The notes under the pieces: model-generated | What the model saw: only the letters and a program-made list of their open reading frames with translations | Database searches by the model: none | What the model was told of the DNA's origin: nothing | Made by a program: the position numbers and the translations under genes | Shown here: one piece after another, positions 1-9,320 of the stretch | How the letters are laid out: each line of letters starts with the position of its first letter | Numbering within the stretch: position 1 is the stretch's first letter | From: Piedraia hortae CBS 480.64 | Lineage: Eukaryota | Assembly: GCA_010093745.1 (NCBI GenBank) | Contig: MU005989.1 | Span: 64,776-128,775, forward strand | Direction: 5' to 3' | Length of the DNA stretch: 64,000 bases

Positions 1-28
1 GTCCTCTAACCGCATTGGGACTAGCGCC
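1..28 (+). repeat. Inverted repeat, left copy (part of putative TIR)
   Basis: gtcctctaaccgcattgggactagcgcc vs reverse complement of 1650-1677 gttccctagccgcattaggactagcgcc; the 4 mismatches are all transitions. Confidence 0.85.
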
Positions 29-199
29 AGGCTAGTCAACCCCACCACCCGCTCATTCTACTTCTCCTCTTGCTGTCCTGCCGGTGAATAGTTTCCCTGT
101 CACTGTGGAGGGCCTTGTTATCATTGCAGCGGCGGTTGCTGCCACACACACCAGGAGGTTGATACCAGTGTGGTGGTGGAGGTGTTGAACAAGGCCCTT

Positions 200-1545
200 G
201 CCCAAAGTTGCCTGGCGGTGCCTGCGGTCACTGGAAGGACGGCGTTTGCATAGCTCGATGTCGTTACTCGAGGGCGTCTAACCTCTCCGAGATTTGCACC
301 AACGCCCTCTCCGCTGCTGAAGGCTTGGCTGCCTCCTTCCTCGACGCTCCAGTCGATGCTGCACCACCGGCTCTCCCTCATGCACGTCTTGCATTTCTAC
401 TACCCCTTGCCCGAGCGCCATTTTTTTTCGTCCTGGCCCCAGATGCGTTGTCTGGTCTGCTCATTCTTCCGCTGACCTCGCGGTTGAATACTGATGCTCT
501 GTTGGCTCTTCCACGCTGGGAAGGCGGCGCAGCTGTTGCTGTGGTTGCTTGCGCAAAAAATTCGGCGCCTTCCTCGTCTATTGAAGCCGCCTTCGTGATC
601 GTGTTATCCGCTGCAGCCACGCTGTGTTCATCGGGCACAGCGGCGCTGTTCTTCGTTCGGCGACTGTATCCCGGAAGGGTGCGGGAATCATTCTCCTCTC
701 TTCTCGCTCTCACGACTTCTGAATCTGGCTATTCGTAAATCAGCAGGGTATATACTCTCACTTTCAAGGGGCACGTACCACCAAGGCGGCCTCCAAATGC
801 CAATGGAACCCTATCTGGTCCGTAGACAACGTGGGCTCGGTACCGTCGTCAGCAGCGGTCTCCAAGACGTTTAGTATCTCATGACGGCAGGATAGGTCCC
901 TCTGCCTCCGAAACTGGCCCATGCAGGTGGATCGTCGGCGCTCACCATGCGTTTCAATGGCTTTCAGCTCGTCGAGCGCCATCCTGTGCTGTTTGTGGAC
1001 CTTCTTGATAGGTTTCCGAGCAATACGATGGGACAGAGGCTTTAGACATGGTATGGTTTCAATGGCCGTGTACGCACGACGATTTTCGACTGCACACTTC
1101 TGATGAAAGGTGGTCTCCCCCACCTTCACTGTCTTTAAGATGCTCTCATAGAGTTTCCAGAGGTCGCCCAGGCGATTGTCCAGATATCTTTGGAGTGAGG
1201 AGGCAGTGCTCTCAACGCGTCCGGACGAATAGGTTCCGTAATTTCGGTACCCTTTTGTGGCGTACCGCGCCCAGTGGTTTCTCCATGACATCCATTGCGT
1301 CTGAAGATACCTGAGAAGCGCTGGCGCTCATTAGTCAAGTGGGCATCATCGGATATGACCCACGTTGTTGATGGGCGAACTCCGCTCTGAGCAGGTCCCA
1401 CTGGGCCCCAAACTCGGGCTCGATTTCTTTTCGTGTGAGATTCACCTAGGCCTTGAGAAACCCTTTATGGGTGTTCTCATAAGCTCGCGCCTGGGCGGGA
1501 GCGAGGGGCGCGCCCTCCACGCTGCTGGGCTCTTCGCCCTTCTCA
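200..1545 (-). pseudogene. MULE-family transposase C-terminal fragment (pseudogene; boundaries approximate)
   Basis: Introns 1363-1321 (GTGGGT..CTAAT..CAG) and 778-729 (GTACGT..CTGAT..TAG) join ORFs 764-1291 and 378-713 to upstream sequence in one frame. Premature stops: TAG 1448-1446, TGA 380-378, TAA 266-264. No N-terminal DDE region seen. Confidence 0.7.
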
Positions 1546-1649
1546 TAAAGACCTGAAGTCTAATTGCCACGGCCCCGGCAGCCTCTACCTCCTGGATGAC
1601 CTCCATATCACCTTCTTCGCCCGTCACTGTTGTAACATTGGGCAGCGTA

Positions 1650-1677
1650 GGCGCTAGTCCTAATGCGGCTAGGGAAC
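1650..1677 (-). repeat. Inverted repeat, right copy (part of putative TIR)
   Basis: Reverse-complement match to 1-28. Confidence 0.85.
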
Positions 1678-1838
1678 TATTTTCCTAAGAATGGGAGACT
1701 ATTTTTTTAGATAGTCCGGTCTAGTAGAGTTGATGTATTCCACGTGACGAGTTTGGTGAAAGCGTCACTGGACAGCGATTCCACAAATGGCAAGAACTAC
1801 AGCCAAAGTCGCCCACGTCGCTTGGCGGGTAGAACAAG

Positions 1839-3659
1839 ATGGAGAACTACCTGCGGAACTGGAGAAATGACCTTCTGGAGCGTCAACAATATGCAGCGGC
1901 CATCTTCGTTGGGGATAAACTGCTGGCGTTGACGGGTGGGTTGAACGACCGTCGCGCAGCTCACAACTGATTCCTTCCAGGCTCAGACACCGATGCAATC
2001 GCATTGGCCCAGACACACTTTGCCGACGGCGACTACACGCGTCCGCTGACGCTGCTGACGCGCACACAGCTGCCACAGCGGTCGCGCGCGGCCCGCTATC
2101 TCGCTGCCCACTGCCATGTCAAGCTTGGGCGGTACGACGCAGCGCTGGCGCTACTGGGCGACAAGAACCCGACACATCTGGCGACGACGGCCGATTCTGC
2201 GCGTCGGAAGCTCCAGCACATGACGGCCGGGCTGTCCAGCAGACAACATGCCAAGTCCAAAGCCAGCCGCGACGAACGCGCGGACCGTAGTGAGGAGCGC
2301 GACTTTGAAGAGGCCGGCAACATCAAGTACGAGGCCGGCATGTGCTACCTGCGTGGCCTCTGTTTCGCCCAGCAGAATGCGTTTGACCGCGCCAAGGAGT
2401 GCTACAAGGACGCGGTGCGAATTGACATTCAGTGCTTCGAAGCCATGGACCAGCTTATGCAGAACAAGCTCATGGGGCCGGCCGAAGAATGGGACTTTCT
2501 CGAGAGCCTCAACTTTGACAGCATCTCGGCCGACCAGACGGATGCGCAAGAGGCTGCCGCATTCACAAGAAATCTCTACATCACGCGTCTGTCAAAATAC
2601 GCGCGGCCAGCCGAGTTTGCAGCGGCCATGGAGACATTGTGCACGCACTATCGGTTGGCTGATAACGCGGATATGCTGCTTGCCCAAGCCGAGACGCTCT
2701 TCACCTCCTCGCGCTTCGAGCAGGCCCTGGATATGACGTCGGCCGTCTTGGATGCTGATGCGTATAACTTTGCATGTATGCCGCTTCATCTGGCGCTCCT
2801 TTTCCAGTTGGAGCAGGTTAATGCCCTGTTTGCTCTCGCTCACGACCTGGCCGACAGCCATCCTCAGGAGCCGTGTACGTGGCTAGCCGTGGGCACATAT
2901 TACCTAGCCACCGAACGCATCCCGGAAGCACGCACATACTTCTCCAAAGCTTCTCTGATGAACCCCCACTTTGGCCCAGCATGGATAGGTTTCGCTCATA
3001 CATTTGCGGCAGAGGGCGAGGGTGACCAGGCGATTGCGGCATACAGCACCGCTGCTCGACTCTTCCAGGGCACGCATCTGCCTCAACTGTTTCTCGGAAT
3101 GCAGGAGTTGGCCCTTGACAATCTCGCCATTGCACGGGAATATCTGACCACGGCATACAATCTGTGTGATCGGGATCCACTGCTGATCAACGAGATCGGC
3201 GTGTGTGCCTTTAAAGAGGGTTCGTACGAGGCGGCGATTCGGCACTTTGACCTTGCTCTGCGTCTGAGCGAAGAAGCCGGAGCCGGACCGCATCAGTACC
3301 GCGCAACGCGATTGAATCTCGCGCACGCCTTGCGGCGGCAGAAGCGCTATAACGAGGCTTTAGAGCAATTCAACGAAGTCATCCGCCTTGGACGCAATGA
3401 CTGTGATACCTTTGCCTCCAAAGCTCTTACTCTCCTAGAGTTAGATCGTCCACTGGACGCTACACTTGCACTGCATCAAGGCTTGGCCCTGAGTCCGCAG
3501 GATCCTGTGGCTGGCGAGCTCTTGACCCGTGCCTTGACCCAACTTGGTACCGAACCACTAATGTCAAAAACTGAAGAGAAAAACATCGATGCCAGTCTCA
3601 AGGAAAAATTAGCCAGCAGCGTTCAAGTGAGAAGAAGTCGCCGAAGAGAGATACCCTAG
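1839..3659 (+). CDS. CDC16: Anaphase-promoting complex TPR subunit Apc6 (Cdc16/Cut9); exons 1839-1935, 1981-3659
   Basis: Exon 1 MENYLRNWRNDLLERQQYAAAIFVGDKLLALT splices in frame through a 45-nt GT..CAG intron into the 551-aa TPR ORF. Contains the Cdc16 signature FGPAWIGFAHTFAAEGEGDQAIAAYSTAARLFQGTHLP. Confidence 0.93.
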
Positions 3660-3719
3660 TTATTGAAACGAGCGTCGCGAAAGAAATCATTACAGCCCTC
3701 GGTTCATTTCATCTACCCA

Positions 3720-4418
3720 TCAACCATGTTGTCCGTATCCACCACCGTATCTACCACCATATTGACCGCCATGTCCGCCACCGTATCCACCACCATATCC
3801 ACCGCCCCCGTGTTGCCTCGCTGCGTTGTCAAAGGCGTTAATCGTCTGGCCCATATGGGAGTGGACGCCAAACGCCCAGTTGTCTTGCCCGACGGGATCA
3901 TTCGTCAGCTTCCCTCCAAGGGTGTTGACATAGTTTCCGAAGTCATACTGCAACCACCTCAACTGGCCCAACACGTTGTCCGCCTCCCCGCTCGTCTGCA
4001 GTTGGCCGTACTTGTCTTGGATCTCCTGGAACAGCGCCGGCAGGTCATTGCCTAGCGTGCTGTGCAGGTACTGTCCAATCTGCCAGCTGTCGCTAGCGGT
4101 GAAGTTGTGGTGACGCCCGCCACAGTGGCCTCTTCCCCATTCGTGCGCTTGGTGCAGGGCTGCAAAGTCGGAGGGGATGGAGGTCGACGACAGCGGTCCG
4201 CCGTTGTACGCGTTAAAATCGGTGCGCAGCTTCCACACGCCCTGCGAGATGGAGTGAATGTCGTTCAGAACCGTGTTGGGTGTGACGCCGCTGCCGTCAG
4301 CATCGGCTCCGGGCGCCTGGCGTGGCACGAGCGCCGGCTGGTGAGCGTCTCCTCCAGTCGGGAGCGAGAGAGATCCCACCGCGAACGTAGCGAGCGTCAA
4401 GATGGATTTGAACATCAT
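3720..4418 (-). CDS. Secreted protein with HsbA-like (hydrophobic surface binding) helical domain and Gly/Tyr-rich C-terminal tail
   Basis: Signal peptide MMFKSILTLATFAVGSLSLP; VLNDIHSISQGVWKLRTDFNAYNGG resembles the HsbA N-terminus; ends in (GGGY)-type repeats. Confidence 0.7.
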   Translation of the reverse strand: MMFKSILTLATFAVGSLSLPTGGDAHQPALVPRQAPGADADGSGVTPNTVLNDIHSISQGVWKLRTDFNAYNGGPLSSTSIPSDFAALHQAHEWGRGHCGGRHHNFTASDSWQIGQYLHSTLGNDLPALFQEIQDKYGQLQTSGEADNVLGQLRWLQYDFGNYVNTLGGKLTNDPVGQDNWAFGVHSHMGQTINAFDNAARQHGGGGYGGGYGGGHGGQYGGRYGGGYGQHG

Positions 4419-5947
4419 CTTTTGCTGAACGAGAGGGACGGCGGGCTGGTGGGAAAGTTGATGGCTAGAGATGTATTATATCTACATGGCCGAGGTAGGT
4501 CAATTTTGCTTTTCAACTGAACCGCATTGCTCCAATCATGCAAACTCTCGGCGCTACCGTATTCGAGTAGCATGTCCGACGCCCAGGCGTTTTGCTTACC
4601 TGGAAGTGGAAACTTTCACATGTTGCCGAGCCTGGCTTGGTATTACACCTCACATAGGTAAGAGATGTGATTGATATCTTTGCAGAAACAGGATGAAATG
4701 GGAAGGTGGAAATTCGTTTTTGGCCAGATATACGATGTGGAACAGCTTGGCGAAACGATAAGACATCGGAGCTGGTGTATGAAGCGCTTTTGCGCTTGGC
4801 TTGTTTCCGTTTAGATCACCTGTGAGGCCAAATACAGTGGGGCTCTCCCTCGTGGATTCAGAGGCTTAACACAGTTAGACCTACAATCTCTATCTAAACG
4901 GCGGGCATTCGCGCCTTGTTCTTGTAACGATAGGACCCTTTTCGGTTAGATCTCGCTTAAAGGAGCCAATATGCTTTGGGAACTGTTCGAAGGCTTTGGC
5001 ACATTTAACGGTACCCAAGACACAGAAGATGCCCTTATTCAGGTCTTCGAGGACTGTCCGGCTCGATTCGTCGGCAGCTGCAGTGCTGCAATGCCGCCTA
5101 CGCGCACATGTGCATAAGTGACAGCTCACATTAGCGTCCTGCTCTCCCACAATTGCCCTGCTTTTCGCCTCCCAAACCAAACTAACACAGATAAAGGCTA
5201 TAGTGTACTTACCGAGCCCCAACACTTTAATCTATCGGGTCTGTAGAAACGCCATCGCCACACTGTGCGGGTTCAAGTATGAAGGTGTTGACCCCACTTG
5301 GTCCGCGTGTGGAGACCGACGCAGATGCACATGTCAAAATGTAGTACTCCGACACGCTGGCCACACACTTCACGCTTTATGCATGTCTTTGTGTAAACAG
5401 CCAGATTGTGAGAGATGACGGTCTTCTCGTTCTCAACGATAGGCGATCATGCTCGCAAAAAGGTAGAGGGCTGCGCCACGAGACTGATTGACGTCACGAA
5501 TTTACTGCACTTACCCAGATTTCATATGCATTTACATGATACTGCAAGGCCGATTAACTCCCTGGGGCTTACTGCATGTGATCGTATTGCCCTGCACTTC
5601 ATCAAAATGCCAGGCATTTATACGATGCCACAAGGCTGGTTGGATCACCAGCTTACTGCATGTGGTCTGGTTGTCTTGCGCTTTTCCCCGGGATACCAGG
5701 CATCTACACGATACCGCTCTAGTCTGGATAGCCCTGCCCAATCGAGACATTCAACTATGGTGGATGTACTCCGCATGTCTCTTCCCTTGTATCCAAGGCT
5801 CAGACCTTCAAACTGGGCAGACGTGACGACTCAGAGTACCCTTTCGCAACTCGCAATCTCGAGCGTCATGCCCAGGTATATATGCAATACTCTAACGTAT
5901 GCACAAGACTTTGCCGTCCAAGATCTATCCAAAGTGCACACAAACTA

Positions 5948-7822
5948 CTAACTAGGCCCCTTCTTCGTATCAACCCAATCTCCATTCACCAACCACTTTC
6001 CCGCCTTTGTAAAATCCCCCGCAACACTCCCCGCGACATACGCGAAGCGAAAATACTCCACATCCTCCCCATGTCTCTCCCAGTTCCACGTAACATTCCC
6101 CTTTCCATCCGCATAAGTCCTAAATCTCTCCACATCGTTCACCAAAGCACTAAGCCCATCAAACCTCGTCTTCAACTTCGCATCATAAACCGGCAGCCTT
6201 CCCAACGCAAAAGTAATATTTCCCACTGCAGCAGCCGTCACACTGACCGAAGGAAGAATACTTCCCTTCTGCATCCCCTCCAACAACTCCGTGGGAGTTT
6301 GGAGAATACTATCAAACCCCCAACGCGCAATGCCATTGACAAACAGTCCCACCAGAACGCCCTGGTAGAGCAGAGACGGGCGATTCTGGAAGCTCGTCCC
6401 CGGCAAGAGAAGCAGGGCGAGGATATAGTGGTGGATGCGAAGGCTCAGACCTGGGATGGCAACCATCAGTAGCAACGCAGCGACGAAGGAGCTATACAGC
6501 GCTAGGTACCGTCTCATTCGGCCCTCGAGGCGGAAACTCCACGCTTGTCCTATCGCGATTGCGACGAGGATGAGCACGGTTGTGATGAGTGCTGGAACGG
6601 CGCCTGGCTGCGCGGAAATGTCGTGGGGTGTGAGACGTTGGATGGGGATCTTGTCAAATGTCTTGTTGTTCAGAGCACCCACCCACGCGGGACCTAGCCA
6701 GAGGATGCACTTTTCGATTTGCGCGGTGAGGTTCGCGAGTGTGCGTTTGACTGTGTAGCGATAGGTTACCCAGCCGCAGAAACAGGCGGGGAGGAAGCGG
6801 CCAAAGGCGACGGATAGGAGGCTGTAGTAGTTTGTTAGGTTCGGGGGGTCAGTTGCTAATGCGGTTTGGAAGAATAGGATTATGAATGTGCTCCAGAAGA
6901 ATACGCCTGCAGAGGTGGTAAATAGGCCGAGGAGAACGGTGAAGGTGACGGAGACGCCGAGGGCTTCCCATCGTAAGTCCCGACAGCTGGCGCGTGAGTG
7001 GGATAGGAAGCCAAAGGTATGTGGGAAGTAGGAGTCGAAGGAAACGGAGCGGATGCCGTGACGTTTGGAGCTGGAAAAGTGTCGTTGCTCGCCGAGGAGG
7101 GTCAGAGCAGCACAGCCGCCCTGCGCATCGTCGATGATGCCAGCATGGACGGCCGATGCGCAAATGTAGCTGTCGCCTCGGTAGATGGCGTTCTTGAACA
7201 GGTTGTCGGGATGATGCTCTGCTGGCCCGCCAACGACCAAGGGTTTGTAAACAACCTCCTGGTCGCCCACTGCGTGCGGACTCTGCACGAGCTCCCGTCG
7301 ACAGTTAGCCGGACAGCGAAAGGCAAGCGTTGCGTTGGAAAACGGCCGGCATTCGTTCCCGTTCAGCCCACAGCCATTACCCTCGGACCAGTACTTGGAT
7401 AGGCAGCCAAGCCGCATTGGGCTGCCATAGCCTGGAACTGTAGCTGAGAAAGAGCTCGCGCGCAAGATGAGGGAGAAGGTGAACAACCAACACGCGAACC
7501 AGACGATCCAGAGGAATATCCGGTGTTTGCGCTTAGGCGCATACCGGTCGAGCAGGGTCAGGGGGGCCTCTTGAATGTGCGGGAAGAATGGCTGGATTAC
7601 GAATATCCGTGGGGGATCCGGACCTTTTGTCCACTCTGCGACGGCCGTCCAGGTGTTATGGATGCTCTGTGGAATCCCTTTGCGTGGCTGTCTTTGGGAG
7701 CTTTCATCTAGCGTCAGCCGCGATAAATCGTCGATCAGAGGCGCATCAGGATCATCATGAAAAGAATCATCTACTTCTGTAACAGTTGCCTCTTCGTCGT
7801 GGTAACTTGCATATGCAGACAT
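5948..7822 (-). CDS. LCCL-domain multi-pass membrane protein
   Basis: LCCL motif YRGDSYICASAVHAGII and several hydrophobic helices; first ATG of the ORF is at 7822 (MSAYASY). Confidence 0.85.
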   Translation of the reverse strand: MSAYASYHDEEATVTEVDDSFHDDPDAPLIDDLSRLTLDESSQRQPRKGIPQSIHNTWTAVAEWTKGPDPPRIFVIQPFFPHIQEAPLTLLDRYAPKRKHRIFLWIVWFACWLFTFSLILRASSFSATVPGYGSPMRLGCLSKYWSEGNGCGLNGNECRPFSNATLAFRCPANCRRELVQSPHAVGDQEVVYKPLVVGGPAEHHPDNLFKNAIYRGDSYICASAVHAGIIDDAQGGCAALTLLGEQRHFSSSKRHGIRSVSFDSYFPHTFGFLSHSRASCRDLRWEALGVSVTFTVLLGLFTTSAGVFFWSTFIILFFQTALATDPPNLTNYYSLLSVAFGRFLPACFCGWVTYRYTVKRTLANLTAQIEKCILWLGPAWVGALNNKTFDKIPIQRLTPHDISAQPGAVPALITTVLILVAIAIGQAWSFRLEGRMRRYLALYSSFVAALLLMVAIPGLSLRIHHYILALLLLPGTSFQNRPSLLYQGVLVGLFVNGIARWGFDSILQTPTELLEGMQKGSILPSVSVTAAAVGNITFALGRLPVYDAKLKTRFDGLSALVNDVERFRTYADGKGNVTWNWERHGEDVEYFRFAYVAGSVAGDFTKAGKWLVNGDWVDTKKGPS

Positions 7823-8006
7823 GACCAAATATTCGGGAGGGAACAACCGTTCGGCCACAGTCTCGGCCAAGGTCCTTGTCTCGGGCTGCGGCTTCCCTCT
7901 TCCGGCCAGTCTCGGTATGTGCTGAACACCGAGAGTATATGCTATTCAAGGGGCAGCTGACTATATAGCCAGCATAGGTCATACCTATGGCATAACTCCA
8001 TAGTAA

Positions 8007-9005
8007 ATGACACCCCGAATCGACGTCCACTCGCACTACCTCCCCGACTTTTACTGGGAAGCATGCGTGAAGCATGGATATTCCAAGCCGGACGGGATGC
8101 CGGCGCTGCCCAAATGGAGCGTTGAGGGCCATCTGCAGTTGATGGACAAGCTGAACATTGCCAAGTCCTACATTTCCGTCTCCAGCCCCGGCACACATTT
8201 GGTGTACGGGGACGATGCGTTGGCCATCAAGCTCTCCCGGGACGTCAACAAGTTCGCAGCTGATCTCAAGCGCGAGAAGCCGGACCGCTTCGGGTTCTTT
8301 GCCAGTTTGCCAATGCCTTTGGTCGAGGCATCGTGCAAGGAGATTGAAAAGGCCATCTCCGAGGGCTGTGACGGCTTCGTGCTGCACACAAACTCTCACG
8401 GCGTGTACCTCGGCAACAAGCAGCTGGACCCCATCTTTGATGAACTGAACCGGCGCAAGGCGATTGTGTTTATTCATCCCACGACGCCCCAGCTACCATG
8501 TTCTAACGGGTACACACAGCCCGTCGACGCGGCGCCATTTGGGGGCACATACCCGAACCCGATGCTCGAGTTTTTCTTCGAAACGGCGAGAATCATCACC
8601 AATCTGTTCCTCTCGGGAACGATGAAGCGGTGTCCGAACATCACGTATATCATGCCACACCTTGGTGGAGCCTTTCCGCCTCTACTCTCCCGCTGGGCGA
8701 CCTTTAGCCAGGTCATCCTCGGCTCCGATCAAGCCGTGTCGGAGAAGGAAGCGCGTGAAGCCATGGAGAAGCAGTTCTTCTTTGACATGGCCGGCTTCCC
8801 CTTCCCGGGCCAGCTGCGTGGCCTGCTTGCTGGCGTGCAAATCTCACCTCAACGTATCATGTACGGGAGCGATTTCCCTTTCACGAACCTAGACGCCGTC
8901 TCAGGTCTTGCCAAGCAGATGGATGGTGGCGTCAAGGAGCTCTTTAGCCAAGATGAGATTGAAGACATTATGCACCGCAATGCTAAGAAGCTGTTTAAAT
9001 CGTAG
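8007..9005 (+). CDS. Amidohydrolase-2 family metal-dependent aromatic acid decarboxylase (6-methylsalicylate decarboxylase/ACMSD-like)
   Basis: IDVHSH (HxH), FIHP, MPHLGG and YGSDFP motifs; 332-aa intronless ORF. Confidence 0.85.
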   Translation: MTPRIDVHSHYLPDFYWEACVKHGYSKPDGMPALPKWSVEGHLQLMDKLNIAKSYISVSSPGTHLVYGDDALAIKLSRDVNKFAADLKREKPDRFGFFASLPMPLVEASCKEIEKAISEGCDGFVLHTNSHGVYLGNKQLDPIFDELNRRKAIVFIHPTTPQLPCSNGYTQPVDAAPFGGTYPNPMLEFFFETARIITNLFLSGTMKRCPNITYIMPHLGGAFPPLLSRWATFSQVILGSDQAVSEKEAREAMEKQFFFDMAGFPFPGQLRGLLAGVQISPQRIMYGSDFPFTNLDAVSGLAKQMDGGVKELFSQDEIEDIMHRNAKKLFKS

Positions 9006-9320
9006 CTGGTACTAGATAGGCAGGTTCAATCTACATCCGTTAATACAGTCCATTGCGATAGTCATGATATGATTGCAAATTTGATATTGGAGAAGCTCAT
9101 CAACCACTAGTCAGTTAGACAATCCCAATGCAGCGCAACTCGTAGTTGGAGGTGGGATTGAACTTGATATGAATTTCCGCTCGGAGAATCTGTTCAACAA
9201 ACAGTGTGTTGAATCTCAACCAGAAAGTTAAAAGTGAAGTCCTTTCGAAGCCAAGAACCTGAGTCATTTACACAAAAATCCAATCCAATCCCTACCTATC
9301 ACAATATCATCCAATCATCC

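Larger units (their letters stand above)
1..1677 (-). mobile_element. Degenerate, internally deleted Mutator-like (MULE) DNA transposon remnant; left end probably extends beyond the window
   Basis: 28-bp inverted repeat (1-28 vs 1650-1677, 24/28 identical) encloses a minus-strand spliced reading frame resembling the C-terminal half of fungal MULE transposases (FLKA*VNL..EF..QWDLLRAEF..Q.LLRYLQTQW..HWARY..RNYGTYSSGRVES..SLQRYL..GDL; CMGQF..DLSCRH; IGFHWHL). Family recognised from memory of motifs, not from a search. Confidence 0.72.

Noticed and set aside
764..766. TGA ending ORF 764-1291 as a premature stop
   Set aside because: It lies inside the predicted intron 778-729.
4890..5225. 111-aa ORF as a decayed HsbA-like paralogue (TVLEDL vs TVLNDI)
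   Set aside because: The similarity covers only a few residues and there is no ATG start.
5415..5951. 178-aa plus-strand ORF
   Set aside because: No recognisable motif or coding bias; probably intergenic.
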